Of a stretch of DNA of 64,000 nt, positions 1 to 10,210 are shown piece after piece. Below the pieces are notes generated by a model. It did not search any database, was not told the origin of the DNA, and was given only the letters and a program-made list of their open reading frames with translations. How positions within the stretch are numbered: the stretch's first letter is position 1; the number at the start of each line of letters is the position of its first letter. The position numbers and the translations under genes were made by a program. This stretch comes from an uncultured Bacilli bacterium (GTDB taxonomy: Bacteria; Bacillota_I; Bacilli_A; RF39; UBA660), in assembly GCA_944350495.1 (NCBI GenBank), contig CALVOZ010000004.1, positions 77,564-141,563 of the forward strand, written 5' to 3'.

Positions 1-2029
1 TACGTTTATCAGAAATAATGCCACTCTTACCTTCTAAGGGTCTAATAATAACTGTATAGTTATTTGGTAAGTAATTATAATCAATCAAGGTTAATAAATA
101 ATATCCTTTTAAGTATAGGTCACTAACGCCATCGTCCTCATATAATTTATAACTATTACTTTGACCTGGGAAAACATGAATTTCCATATTTCTTGGTGGT
201 GTTGTATCATTTAAATTAGAATTATTGGACATTGGAATAATTGCTCCAGCTTTAGCAAATACCGGATAATCTTCGTCCTTAAAGAATGATACATATTTAT
301 GTCCACCTGGAAATTTTTTACCAGTTACAAAGTCATACCAAGTTCCTTCTGGTAAATAAAATTTTTGAATAACACGATTCATAATTAATTCTTTTTTAGT
401 TGTTATTGGACATATAAATAATTGACTACCAAAATAATATTCATTACGATATAAATCATCATCATATATTTCAGGGTAACGATAATAAATTGGTTGAATT
501 AGTGGTATACCATACTTATAATACTTATATGCTTCTGAATATAAATATGGAATTAGACGATGTCTTAATTGTAGATAATCTTGAGCAATTGCATAAGTTT
601 TCTTATCCCAACGCCATGGCTCACGTTTATAAAATCTACCGGCATCAGCACTTAACTTTAAGATTGGGGAGAAAGTACCTAATTGAATATATCTTTCATA
701 TAATTCATTATCTTCAGTACCATAAAAATATCCACCAATATCATGACTCCACCAAGACACACCAATATTTGTTGCCTTACCGTTAAAAAATGGCAAAGCT
801 TTTAAAGTTTTCCAGCTTACAGTTGCTTTCCCAGCATATAAAACTGGATAACGATGAGCGGCAACTGCAGCATTATAACCATATACCATTGGCCTTCTCT
901 TATAATCGCGCATCATATCATAAAAATGATAATGTTTTAAAAAGAATAATTCATTAACACGATCAGTATTGTACCAATCAATCCAAAAGAAATCGATTCC
1001 AAAATTATCAAGTGGATGAATAAATACTTTCAAATAAACATCAATAGTTTTAGAATCATAAACATTAAATGGAATAACACCACGTTCATCAGCTTGTAAA
1101 TATTTTAGGGCCTCATCATAGTAAGCATCCATTGGATAAAAACCTTCTATCGGATTAACATTTAAACCAATACGAATACCCTTAGTATGTAATAAATTCA
1201 CCAGACTAGAAGGGTCATGAAATAATTCACCATTAAAAGTAAAACCCGTCTTTAAATGCTTATCTCCTTCTTGAACACGAATATGCCAATCTTTATCTAG
1301 CATAATAACTGACATTGGAATTTTATGTAATTCAAAATTATTTACTAAATCAATTAGTTTTTCTTCATTATAAGTATCATTACGACTCCACCAATTACCT
1401 AAAGCAAATCTAGGAATTAAAGCTGGATACCCAGTTAATAAATAATAATCTTTTAAACATAGAGTAAAATCTCTAAAATACATGAATAAATATATATCTA
1501 TTTCTGGATTAGCCCTTGTAAAGCAATTACCACGTGCATTAAATATTTTAGAATTTGAATCATCAATAGAAGCAAATCCATCAATTGAATATAATCCCTT
1601 CATATTAAAACGTAAATCATCTTCAGCGCTATCAGTTGATTGTAATACAGGCGCTAAATAATTACGAACTTCAGGATGTCCATAATACCACACTTTATCA
1701 GTATTTAATAATTCAACTTTTAAATGAGCACTTTTATTAATATTAGTCCCTTTAAATGGAGCATTTTTGGTGTATGTTAATACAAAATATTTAGTTTCAA
1801 TAATTAATTGTGTTTTCTTATCAGTTACTTTAAATTCTGGTTTAGGAAAATTTCTACACATTACTAATTCAGTAGGGCTATCCTCAAAAACACCAGTTTC
1901 ACTGTACTCTAAACGAACTAAGCGTTCAGTTAAAACTGTTATACGATATTTTTCGCCTGTAAACACACAGGATGGCTCAGCTTTTGCTTTTGATAAATCA
2001 AGAGCAAATTGGTCACCTAAATCATACAT
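1..2029 (-). CDS. Glycoside hydrolase family 31 (alpha-glucosidase/alpha-xylosidase-like), partial. The 3' end runs off the left edge of the window.
   Basis: The minus frame is open from ATG at 2027-2029 to position 1, with RBS GGAGGG upstream (rc of 2037-2042). The translation MYDLGDQFALDLSKAK...GIDFFWIDWYN...SWWSHDIGGYF... carries the GH31 catalytic-nucleophile region (WIDW) and the typical GH31 fold. It is absent from the ORF track only because it is edge-truncated. Confidence 0.8.
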   Translation of the reverse strand, partial: MYDLGDQFALDLSKAKAEPSCVFTGEKYRITVLTERLVRLEYSETGVFEDSPTELVMCRNFPKPEFKVTDKKTQLIIETKYFVLTYTKNAPFKGTNINKSAHLKVELLNTDKVWYYGHPEVRNYLAPVLQSTDSAEDDLRFNMKGLYSIDGFASIDDSNSKIFNARGNCFTRANPEIDIYLFMYFRDFTLCLKDYYLLTGYPALIPRFALGNWWSRNDTYNEEKLIDLVNNFELHKIPMSVIMLDKDWHIRVQEGDKHLKTGFTFNGELFHDPSSLVNLLHTKGIRIGLNVNPIEGFYPMDAYYDEALKYLQADERGVIPFNVYDSKTIDVYLKVFIHPLDNFGIDFFWIDWYNTDRVNELFFLKHYHFYDMMRDYKRRPMVYGYNAAVAAHRYPVLYAGKATVSWKTLKALPFFNGKATNIGVSWWSHDIGGYFYGTEDNELYERYIQLGTFSPILKLSADAGRFYKREPWRWDKKTYAIAQDYLQLRHRLIPYLYSEAYKYYKYGIPLIQPIYYRYPEIYDDDLYRNEYYFGSQLFICPITTKKELIMNRVIQKFYLPEGTWYDFVTGKKFPGGHKYVSFFKDEDYPVFAKAGAIIPMSNNSNLNDTTPPRNMEIHVFPGQSNSYKLYEDDGVSDLYLKGYYLLTLIDYNYLPNNYTVIIRPLEGKSGIISDKR

Positions 2030-2040
2030 GTTATTCCCTC

Positions 2041-3465
2041 CTATAATTCTTCTATTTTCATAAAATTTGTACTCTTAACATCTGAAAATGGATATCCACC
2101 AGTAATAATAATTTTATCACCAGGATTAATAGATATTAATTTAAAAACTATTTTCTTAGACTCAACTATTATTTTATCTAATGATGACAATTCATCAATT
2201 AAAACTGGATTGACTCCAAAATGTAATTGCAACGATTTAACTGTATCAACATTAGGGCTTACAGCAATGATTGGACAAGGAGGTCTAAATCTGCTCATCT
2301 TTCGTGCTGTATAGCCACTCATTGTCGGTGCAATAATACAACTACATTTTAATTTATTAGCGCTTAAACAAACATTTTGTGATATTACACTTGTAATATC
2401 ATTGTGTTTATCAACAAATCTATTGGCCATATCTAAATAATCAATATCTTTTTCAGCTGTATTAATTATTTTCTCCATCATATTTAAAGTTTCAATAGGA
2501 AACTTACCAATAGTTGTTTCTCCACTTAACATAACAGCATCTGCGCCATCTAAAACAGCATTAGCTACATCGCTTACTTCAGCTCTAGTTGGGCTAGCCG
2601 CTCTTTCCATTGAAGATAATAATTCAGTCGCCACAATACTAACGATTCCAGCCTCATGACATTTATTAATAATTTTCTTTTGAACGCCAGGAATTCTTTC
2701 AAACGGAATGGATGCACCTAATTCACCGCGAGAAATCATAATACCATCACTAACTCGAATAATTTCATCAAGGTGGTCTAATGCATCTTCAGTTTCTATT
2801 TTAGAAATAATTCCTATATGATCATTTTTTAATCCAATTAAAATATCATTTACTGCTAAAACTTCTTCTTGACTTGCAACATATGATAGTGCGACAAAGT
2901 CAGCATTTACCTTGTGAGCAAAATAAATATCATCTTCATCTTTTCTTGTCAAGGATGGTAAGCTTAACTTAATACCATCAAGAACTACAGTTTGACAATC
3001 ATTTAATATACCATCAGTTAATACTTCACATATGAGACAGTCAATCTTAATATCAATTACTTCAAATTGCATTGTACCATCTTGTACTTTTAATATACTG
3101 TTGAAATCGACATATTTAATTAAATTACTATAGTCAACAGAAAATTTAGTTGAGTCACCAATAACCTCATCCATATAAATTCTTATTTTATCGCCTCTTC
3201 TAAAATAAGCATGTCCGTTTAAAAATTTACCGGTTCTAATTTTAGGTCCAACTAAATCAATCATTACAGCAACGCTAAGTTGTAATTCTTTATTTAATTC
3301 ATTGATTTTATTAATTACATCATTACAAAAATTGTAACTAGCATAACTCATATTTATTCTAAATACATCAACGCCATTTTCCATCAATCTTCGAATTTGT
3401 TCTTTATCCATTGTTGAGGGTCCAAGAGTGGCAATTACCTTTGTCTTATTCAACATACTATTCAC
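2041..3465 (-). CDS. pyk: Pyruvate kinase
   Basis: 474 aa. KVIATLGPST at the N-terminus and the canonical PK core MISRGELGASIPFERIPGVQKKII...MLSGETTIGKFPIETL. Confidence 0.95.
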   Translation of the reverse strand: MNSMLNKTKVIATLGPSTMDKEQIRRLMENGVDVFRINMSYASYNFCNDVINKINELNKELQLSVAVMIDLVGPKIRTGKFLNGHAYFRRGDKIRIYMDEVIGDSTKFSVDYSNLIKYVDFNSILKVQDGTMQFEVIDIKIDCLICEVLTDGILNDCQTVVLDGIKLSLPSLTRKDEDDIYFAHKVNADFVALSYVASQEEVLAVNDILIGLKNDHIGIISKIETEDALDHLDEIIRVSDGIMISRGELGASIPFERIPGVQKKIINKCHEAGIVSIVATELLSSMERAASPTRAEVSDVANAVLDGADAVMLSGETTIGKFPIETLNMMEKIINTAEKDIDYLDMANRFVDKHNDITSVISQNVCLSANKLKCSCIIAPTMSGYTARKMSRFRPPCPIIAVSPNVDTVKSLQLHFGVNPVLIDELSSLDKIIVESKKIVFKLISINPGDKIIITGGYPFSDVKSTNFMKIEEL

Positions 3466-3532
3466 CTATTATTCATTATACTACTTTTTTTCTTAAAAAA
3501 AAAGAATGAAAAGAGTTATTTAATAATTCAAA

Positions 3533-3563
3533 TCAAAAAAAAAGAAAGAATAAATCTTTCTTT
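3533..3563 (-). terminator. Rho-independent terminator downstream of mraY (bidirectional shape)
   Basis: Inverted repeat aaagaaag/ctttcttt (3541-3563) with loop aataaat. It has an A-run on the plus side (a T-run on the mraY transcript) and starts immediately after the mraY stop at 3565. Confidence 0.6.
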
Positions 3564-3564
3564 T

Positions 3565-4554
3565 TTATATCCATACACCAAATAAAATTCCTGACATACT
3601 TAGGATTAAACCAATTACCCAAAAGAATTTTACAATGTCACGTTCATCCCAACCTTTTTTCTCTAAATGGTGATGATATGGTGTCATTAAAAATACTTTC
3701 TTATGTAGATATATCATACTAAATATTTGAATTAAACAAACTAATGTTTCAAAAACAAAAACACCAGCTACCACAATCATAGTTATTTCATGTTGAGTAA
3801 TAATAGCAACACTAGCTAACGCAGCCCCTAAAGCAAGAGAACCAGTATCACCCATAAACACTTTAGCAGGATGAGTATTATAAACTAAAAATCCTAAAAG
3901 GGAACCAACTAAAATGAAACAGAATATTGCAATATCTTCATGTCCAGCAATACCAATACTTCCCCAACTTATTAAACCAAATGCTAAGAAAGCCATTACC
4001 GATAAACCACCAGCTAAACCATCCAATCCATCAGTGATATTAACAGCATTACTACTAGCAACTAAAACAAATAATAGGAAGATTCCATATAACCACCCCA
4101 TATCAATTTTAATACCTAGAGTATGAATATCTAATACTGGGTCTGCTCCACCTTTCATAAATATATAAAAGAAAATAAGAGCAATTGCTATTTGACCGAC
4201 CAATTTTTGAAATTCTGTTAAGCCGATATTATTATTACGTTTTATAATTAAGAAATCATCAATAAATCCTAATAAAGCGTAAGCTATAAAGACAAATATA
4301 ACAATTAATAAATTCTCAGAAAATTCAATTTTACCCATTATTAATAGAATAAAAATAGTTATTAAAGTAGGTAGAATAAAGATAATTCCTCCCATTGTTG
4401 GTGTTCCATCTTTATCTTTATGTTTTTTTTCTAAATAAGTACTAACTCTTTGTTGAGCTATTTTTTTTAATAAAGGAATTGCTACAAGTCCAAATACAAC
4501 AGCAATAATAAATCCTATCATCATTGCTAAAACTGCTTTTGCAAGTATAAGCAT
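3565..4554 (-). CDS. mraY: Phospho-N-acetylmuramoyl-pentapeptide transferase
   Basis: 329 aa polytopic membrane protein. N-terminal MLILAKAVLAMMIGFIIA..., with the DDFLIIKRNNNIGL and MGDTGSLALG motifs typical of MraY. Confidence 0.93.
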   Translation of the reverse strand: MLILAKAVLAMMIGFIIAVVFGLVAIPLLKKIAQQRVSTYLEKKHKDKDGTPTMGGIIFILPTLITIFILLIMGKIEFSENLLIVIFVFIAYALLGFIDDFLIIKRNNNIGLTEFQKLVGQIAIALIFFYIFMKGGADPVLDIHTLGIKIDMGWLYGIFLLFVLVASSNAVNITDGLDGLAGGLSVMAFLAFGLISWGSIGIAGHEDIAIFCFILVGSLLGFLVYNTHPAKVFMGDTGSLALGAALASVAIITQHEITMIVVAGVFVFETLVCLIQIFSMIYLHKKVFLMTPYHHHLEKKGWDERDIVKFFWVIGLILSMSGILFGVWI

Positions 4555-4565
4555 TTTATCATCTC

Positions 4566-5900
4566 CTAAATATTGTCTAATACAATTTGTTTATCATCAA
4601 AAAATATTTTCATATCTTTAATAATTTGATATTTTTCATGTCCCTTTCCAAGCAATATAAGTATATCATTTTTTCCCAGTAATTGTATACCTTTTTTAAT
4701 AGCATTCTCCCTATTTGACTCAATTTCATAATTATTTTTGTCAAGATTACAAACAATATCATTAATTATTTTATCAGGGTCTTCGCTTCGGGGATTATCA
4801 CTAGTAAAAATTACATAATCAGAATTATTAACGGCAATTTTACCCATTAGTGGTCTTTTAGTTTTATCTCTATCGCCACCACAACCAATTACGGTAATCA
4901 TTTTATTAAAATTTAATTCTTTAAGACAATTTAAAATATTAAAAACAGCATCAGGAGTATGTGCATAATCTACTACTGCATATTTATTATTCTTAGTTAT
5001 AATATCCATTCTACCCTCAGGCGATTTACACTTTTTTATTATCTTATATAATTCCTGATAATTATAACCTAGTTGATAAAAAAGGCAAATTGCAGCCGTC
5101 ATATTATAAATATTATATTTTCCCTTTAATTGCATCTCATAAACTTCATCATTAACTTTAAAGTCTTTATCATCACTAATTTGATAATCGCTATTGCTAT
5201 AACCATATGTTAAATAATTTTTAATTTCAAAATATTTAACGTATAAGTCATCATTGTTAATTAAACTTACTCCACTACTTTTAAGTAGATGAAAAAGTCT
5301 CTGTTTTGCTATGATATAGTTTTCCATACTCTTATGATAATCTAAATGATCTTGGGTTAAATTAGTAAATATTGCATAATCATAACTAATAAAATCAACC
5401 CTATTTTGTGCTAAAGCCTGACTGCTTACTTCCATAACAACATATTCATATTTTTGATTATATGCTTCGTTAATTAAATTAAATAATTCGATTGAGCCAG
5501 GTGTTGTATTATTTAAATCTTTTATCTTTTTATCTAAGTAAAATCCTAACGTTCCAATATAAGCACACTTTACCCCTAATTTATTAAATATTTGCCAAAT
5601 TAAATAACAAGTCGTAGTTTTTCCATTGGTTCCAGTTACACCTATAATTTTTATATTAGGCATATTTTCTTTTAAATATTTTATTAAATATTCTTTAGTT
5701 GATGCAACTCTTATAGTCTCTACTTCATAGTTACCATATTCACAAATTATTCTTTTAGCGCCTTTTGCGATAGCATCTTCAATATATTGATGGCCATCAT
5801 TTAACTCCCCTTTAATTGCAATAAACGTATCACCTTCAGCAATTAATCGTGAATCACATTTAAGCACATTAAACACCTCAATATATTTTATGTTTAACAT
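4566..5900 (-). CDS. murE: UDP-MurNAc-L-Ala-D-Glu:diamino-acid ligase, MurE type with DNPR motif
   Basis: 444 aa. Mur-ligase P-loop GVTGTNGKTTT, MurE-type DYAHTPDA motif, and FTSDNPRSEDP (DNPR motif). It is immediately upstream of mraY, as in dcw (division/cell-wall) clusters. Confidence 0.85.
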   Translation of the reverse strand: MLNIKYIEVFNVLKCDSRLIAEGDTFIAIKGELNDGHQYIEDAIAKGAKRIICEYGNYEVETIRVASTKEYLIKYLKENMPNIKIIGVTGTNGKTTTCYLIWQIFNKLGVKCAYIGTLGFYLDKKIKDLNNTTPGSIELFNLINEAYNQKYEYVVMEVSSQALAQNRVDFISYDYAIFTNLTQDHLDYHKSMENYIIAKQRLFHLLKSSGVSLINNDDLYVKYFEIKNYLTYGYSNSDYQISDDKDFKVNDEVYEMQLKGKYNIYNMTAAICLFYQLGYNYQELYKIIKKCKSPEGRMDIITKNNKYAVVDYAHTPDAVFNILNCLKELNFNKMITVIGCGGDRDKTKRPLMGKIAVNNSDYVIFTSDNPRSEDPDKIINDIVCNLDKNNYEIESNRENAIKKGIQLLGKNDILILLGKGHEKYQIIKDMKIFFDDKQIVLDNI

Positions 5901-5961
5901 TTATTATTGACTATCATGAATTTATTATTTATAATAACAAATCAATTAGGGGGCATATATT

Positions 5962-7017
5962 ATGAGCAAATGGCATTTTAATAAATCATTAATAGAAGAA
6001 GCAATCAATACAGGGCAAAGTTTTTTATTATCTCCTAACCTTTCTAAACAAGATAGACTTGAAATCACCAGTGATATAAAAAGATTTAAATTATTTTTAG
6101 ATGGAAATTTTGATAACTATATTCGAAGAAGAAGGCAAAATATGCCTTACCTAAAAAATAATATTATAAGCGGAATGAAAAACTTAGAAAAAATATTGAG
6201 CCCTAGATTAAGAAGATGGCTAATTGATTTGGCGCAAGATCAAATCTTTACCATTGACTCAGAAACACCAATATTTACAATGTCTTTAGACGAGGCTGCT
6301 AAAACTACTTTAAAAAACTATAAAATGAATGCCCCAGCTATGTATAACTTTGCTAAAACAATACTAGAACCAAAACAAGGAATTATTCAAGAAGCGGTTC
6401 TAAATACATCGTCATATTGCTTTTATAGCGATATCTTACAATTACCATTTATTGTCGTTGATCCTTTAGATGATGCTGGTTGTCTAAATCATGAATTAGA
6501 ACACGGTATTGAATATTTAATGGGAACTAGACCACATTTTTTTTATAGTGAATTTGGACCAATTTTTTTTGAATTATTATTTTGTGATGAATCATATAAA
6601 AAATATGGTAAATCATCTTTGGCTATGCATATTACCCGTATAAAGGAAACTGAGGATTATTTAAATGTCCTTGCAGTATATTTTTGTGCGATGAAAATTT
6701 TTTCTCTTCGCAATTATGATGTGTCAGAGCAATTCTTTTTAGAAACTTTCGAATATTTCTCTAATGTAGAAAATGATAATTTAATAGATTTTCTAAATGA
6801 TGAATTTGTTAATTCACAAATAATAGAAAGTATAACTTATGTATTATCATTCTTAAAGGCTATTCAAGTTAGAGAGCTAGCTAATAATGGTGGTAATCAA
6901 TCTGGCGCATCCTTCAACGATATTGTATTTTCAAAAAAATTTAAATTTAAAATTCCTGATTCTAATTATCAATTATATGAAAAATATATAGAAGAAATCA
7001 AACAAAAAATGAGATAA
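5962..7017 (+). CDS. Hypothetical HExxH zinc-metallopeptidase-like protein
   Basis: 351 aa. Single HExxH motif in LNHELEHGIEYLMG; no signal peptide or TM evident. Plus-strand gene wedged between the two murE paralogs, with terminator 7006-7032. Confidence 0.5.
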   Translation: MSKWHFNKSLIEEAINTGQSFLLSPNLSKQDRLEITSDIKRFKLFLDGNFDNYIRRRRQNMPYLKNNIISGMKNLEKILSPRLRRWLIDLAQDQIFTIDSETPIFTMSLDEAAKTTLKNYKMNAPAMYNFAKTILEPKQGIIQEAVLNTSSYCFYSDILQLPFIVVDPLDDAGCLNHELEHGIEYLMGTRPHFFYSEFGPIFFELLFCDESYKKYGKSSLAMHITRIKETEDYLNVLAVYFCAMKIFSLRNYDVSEQFFLETFEYFSNVENDNLIDFLNDEFVNSQIIESITYVLSFLKAIQVRELANNGGNQSGASFNDIVFSKKFKFKIPDSNYQLYEKYIEEIKQKMR

Positions 7018-7032
7018 AAATCTCATTTTTTA
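7006..7032. terminator. Bidirectional hairpin terminator between the HExxH gene and the murE paralog
   Basis: aaaatgagat-aaaaa-tctcatttt followed by a T-run. It overlaps the plus-gene stop (7015-7017) and abuts the minus-gene stop at 7030. Confidence 0.55.
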
Positions 7033-8397
7033 ATTACTTACTTTGACTTGATTATTAATTATTTTTAGTACTTCTTCTCGGTCATTAAAAGCTATTCTAT
7101 TTTGACCAACTATAATCGCATTTTCATGTCCTTTTCCTAATATTAATAATATATCATTACGTTCTAGTTTAGAAATAGCTGCTGCAATAGCTTTACCTCG
7201 ATCTTTTTCAACTAAGTAATGGTCTTGGGTATTTCCCTCTAACATATCAGTAACAATATCTTCAAATTCTTCTTCATGTAAATCATCACTAGTTACAAAA
7301 ACATAATTTGAATTATCTAAAGCCATTTGCATCATTATCGGTCTCTTTACTCGATCTCTACTTCCAGTGCAACCAAACACGGTATAAATGTTATGATGTT
7401 TTATTTCCTTAACAGTATTAATAATATTCATCATCGCATCAGGAGTATGTGCATAATCAATTACAATCATATTACTATTATAATTTATGATATCCATTCT
7501 TCCCGGTGGTGGTAATATCCTTGAAATGACATACTCAATATCTTCCTTATTATATTTAAGCAAATCTAAAGTAATAACAGCACAAGCCATATTATATATA
7601 TTATACTTACCAATTAACCTTGATGATATTTTATAATCATTTAAAGTAAAATAACTGCCATTTGAAGTCAACTTTAAATCTTTAATTTGATAGTCACTAT
7701 TTTGAAAGCCATATGTTAAATAATTATCTATTTTATAATAATTGCAATAGTCATCATCAATATTAATAACACGGTGTCCACCTGTCTTTAATTGTTTAAA
7801 TAATTGAACTTTCGCCATTGCATATTTTTCCATTGTCTTATGATAATCTAAATGATCTTGAGTTAAATTAGTAAAAATAGCAATATCAAACGGAATTTTA
7901 TTTAATCTTCCATATGATAAGCCTTGACTACTAGCTTCCATGACAATATTTTTACAACCATTATAATATGCTTCAACAATCATATCATAAATATCACAAA
8001 TATCAGGACTAGTATTAGGCAAATCGCATACCTTTTTATCCATATAAAAACCAATTGTTCCAATATACGCGCATTTAGAACCAATTAAATTTAAAGCCTC
8101 ATAAATAAGATAGCAACTAGTTGTCTTACCATTAGTTCCCGTAATACCTATAATATTCATTTCATTTAAGATATCTTTATATGTATCATATAACAAATTT
8201 TCTAAATAAACTCTAGTATCATCAACAATAACAGTCTCAACACTATAGTTACCTTCCTCTGCCACAATCTTAACTGCTCCTGCCGCAATAGCTGATTCTA
8301 TATATGAATGTCCATCACTATTAATCCCTCTTAGAGCAACAAAAGTGTCACCTGGTTTTACTTTTCTAGAATTTGTTTTAATTTTAATCATATTCAC
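7030..8397 (-). CDS. MurE-like Mur ligase paralog lacking the DNPR motif
   Basis: 455 aa. GITGTNGKTTS P-loop and DYAHTPDA (MurE-type, not the MurF DDSYNANP motif). The position of DNPR reads VTSDDLHEEEF. The N-terminal DSR-like substrate region NSRKVKPGDTFVALRG...DGH is conserved. Confidence 0.75.
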   Translation of the reverse strand: MNMIKIKTNSRKVKPGDTFVALRGINSDGHSYIESAIAAGAVKIVAEEGNYSVETVIVDDTRVYLENLLYDTYKDILNEMNIIGITGTNGKTTSCYLIYEALNLIGSKCAYIGTIGFYMDKKVCDLPNTSPDICDIYDMIVEAYYNGCKNIVMEASSQGLSYGRLNKIPFDIAIFTNLTQDHLDYHKTMEKYAMAKVQLFKQLKTGGHRVINIDDDYCNYYKIDNYLTYGFQNSDYQIKDLKLTSNGSYFTLNDYKISSRLIGKYNIYNMACAVITLDLLKYNKEDIEYVISRILPPPGRMDIINYNSNMIVIDYAHTPDAMMNIINTVKEIKHHNIYTVFGCTGSRDRVKRPIMMQMALDNSNYVFVTSDDLHEEEFEDIVTDMLEGNTQDHYLVEKDRGKAIAAAISKLERNDILLILGKGHENAIIVGQNRIAFNDREEVLKIINNQVKVSN

Positions 8398-8406
8398 ACG
8401 TCCTTC

Positions 8407-9183
8407 TTATTGTTGAGTTGCTTGTATAGTTTCATCTATAATAGGATCTTCTAATTCCTCATTTTGTGCCACATTTATTAATTCATAATCATTGTAATTC
8501 TTATCATAAGAAGATATATTATTAATATTTGTATAGTTAATGTTAATTTTAAACTGACTAATTTGTATATTTTTTGTCAATAAGAATTCAGTTAAATCAA
8601 CTTCTATATTATAAATTAAATAATCTTTTTCTTTAGCAATCAATTTTATAGCATACTCTTCAGTTGGTTCATATATATAAGTAACCGTTTTATTACCATC
8701 GTTATATTCAATAGATTCATCAACGACCGCTTCTTTTAGCCAATTATAAATAGCTTCACTTTCTATTTCAGTAATTGTTATTGGTAAATTTATAACTGGA
8801 TCGGCAATTAATTGTTTATTTTCATCATCAACCATATAAATAGTGCCATCATCATAATAAGTATTGTTATCAATTGTGTAATATTTATTATCTTCAAATG
8901 CTAAACCTTTCATTACTATATTTTCATTATTATAGATAATATTATATTCATATTCGTAACTTTGCATATTTCCATAATTATCTATTGAATTAGAAGTTAC
9001 CTTCACCTTATCGCTATCACTACTATAGTTTGGTGTATAGCTAGGACTAAATATCCCTGAAATTGCCACTATATATAGTATGAAGAAAAACAAAAACCAG
9101 CAAAGCAATTGGTATAAAGCCTTATTTCGTGGATTTTTTTTCCATTTTTTAAAAGCTTGATATTTCTCTTTCATTTTAATCAC
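8407..9183 (-). CDS. Membrane-anchored hypothetical protein (N-terminal TM, Asn/Tyr-rich extracytoplasmic domain)
   Basis: 258 aa. LLCWFLFFFILYIVAISGIF TM after a basic N-terminus. Its start overlaps the end of fmt by 8 nt and its stop is 10 nt from the murE2 start, so it is in an operon with fmt and murE2. Confidence 0.5.
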   Translation of the reverse strand: MIKMKEKYQAFKKWKKNPRNKALYQLLCWFLFFFILYIVAISGIFSPSYTPNYSSDSDKVKVTSNSIDNYGNMQSYEYEYNIIYNNENIVMKGLAFEDNKYYTIDNNTYYDDGTIYMVDDENKQLIADPVINLPITITEIESEAIYNWLKEAVVDESIEYNDGNKTVTYIYEPTEEYAIKLIAKEKDYLIYNIEVDLTEFLLTKNIQISQFKININYTNINNISSYDKNYNDYELINVAQNEELEDPIIDETIQATQQ

Positions 9184-10132
9184 CTAACTTTTTCCCAATT
9201 AATTCTTCTTTTTTTACCCCGTTTAAATAATCTTTTGCATTCATTCTCTTTTTACCTTCAGGTTGAATTACCGTTAAGATTATCTCTAAATCTTTAGTTT
9301 GAATATGAATACCTAAGTTAGAAGTATTTGTAATAGTTCCTGGTTCTTTATTAGTACTTTTATCACCAATAATAGATTCCCATACTTTTAATCTTTTACC
9401 ATTTAACATTGTATAAGCTACTGGCCAACTATTTAATCCCCTAATTTGATTATACACGGATTTTGCATCTTTATTAAAATCGACAAGTTCATCTTCTGGT
9501 TTTATGTTGTATGAATAAGTTGCTTCATTTTCATTTTGTTTAACAGGATTAATGTTATTAGATAAAATATCTGGTAAAGTTTTCACTAAAAGTTCAGCGC
9601 CTAAATTAGATAGTTTATTGAATAAACTTTCAGCTGTATCTACATCTAAAATTGGAATACTTTCTTGCGTAATTATATCACCATTATCCATTCCATAATC
9701 CATATGCATAATCGTAACTCCCGATTCAGTATCGCCTTCAATGATTGCTCGATGTATTGGTGCACCACCACGATGTTTAGGTAACAATGAAGCATGAACA
9801 TTTATACACTTATATTTTGGATAGTCAATTATTTCTTTTGGAATAATTTGACCATAGGCACAAGTAATAATAATATCTGGCTCATAAGCTAAAATACTCT
9901 GGTAATCTGCACGTATTTTTACTGGTTGCAATACAGGAATATTATGAGCAAGTGCTAAATCCTTAACTGGTGTCGTTTTAATTTTACCTTCTCTACCAAC
10001 TTGTTTATCTGGTTGAGTTACAACTGCTACAACATTATAATTTTTTATTAATGCTTCTAGAACAGGAACACTAAAATCAGGAGTTCCCATAAATACTATT
10101 TTAATATTATTCATTAAATCACCTATTAACAT
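9176..10132 (-). CDS. fmt: Methionyl-tRNA formyltransferase
   Basis: 318 aa. KIVFMGTPDFSVPVLEAL...VVTQPDK, with the HASLLP and formyltransferase C-terminal domain. Confidence 0.92.
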   Translation of the reverse strand: MLIGDLMNNIKIVFMGTPDFSVPVLEALIKNYNVVAVVTQPDKQVGREGKIKTTPVKDLALAHNIPVLQPVKIRADYQSILAYEPDIIITCAYGQIIPKEIIDYPKYKCINVHASLLPKHRGGAPIHRAIIEGDTESGVTIMHMDYGMDNGDIITQESIPILDVDTAESLFNKLSNLGAELLVKTLPDILSNNINPVKQNENEATYSYNIKPEDELVDFNKDAKSVYNQIRGLNSWPVAYTMLNGKRLKVWESIIGDKSTNKEPGTITNTSNLGIHIQTKDLEIILTVIQPEGKKRMNAKDYLNGVKKEELIGKKLGD

Positions 10133-10180
10133 TATAATATATTTTATTTACAAAAAAAAGAATATTAATTTCTTTTTTCT

Positions 10181-10210
10181 TATAAAGAAAAAAAGTGAGG
10201 CATTCTCACT
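10181..10210 (-). terminator. Terminator after nrdG
   Basis: agtgag-gcatt-ctcact hairpin directly after the nrdG stop (10211-10213), with a T-run on the minus transcript. Confidence 0.6.

Noticed and set aside
490-786. Short plus-strand ORFs in the supplied track that lie inside longer minus-strand genes: 490..786, 1767..2063, 3914..4126, 7327..7515, 13112..13318, 15926..16174, 17339..17617, 18347..18565, 21533..21724, 27463..27708, 32615..32827, 34882..35283, 48586..48855, 48677..49003, 53737..53997, 54363..54602, 58017..58238, 59014..59325, 61834..62067, 63139..63429.
   Set aside because: All are antisense shadow ORFs of confidently identified genes (GH31, mraY, murE2, nrdD, EF-Tu-like gene, prp, etc.). 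AT-rich genomes generate many such stop-free stretches. None has an RBS or a recognisable product.
7030-8397. I considered that the second Mur ligase is MurF.
   Set aside because: It carries the MurE-type DYAHTPDA motif rather than the MurF DDSYNANP signature, and its N-terminal substrate region parallels the adjacent MurE.
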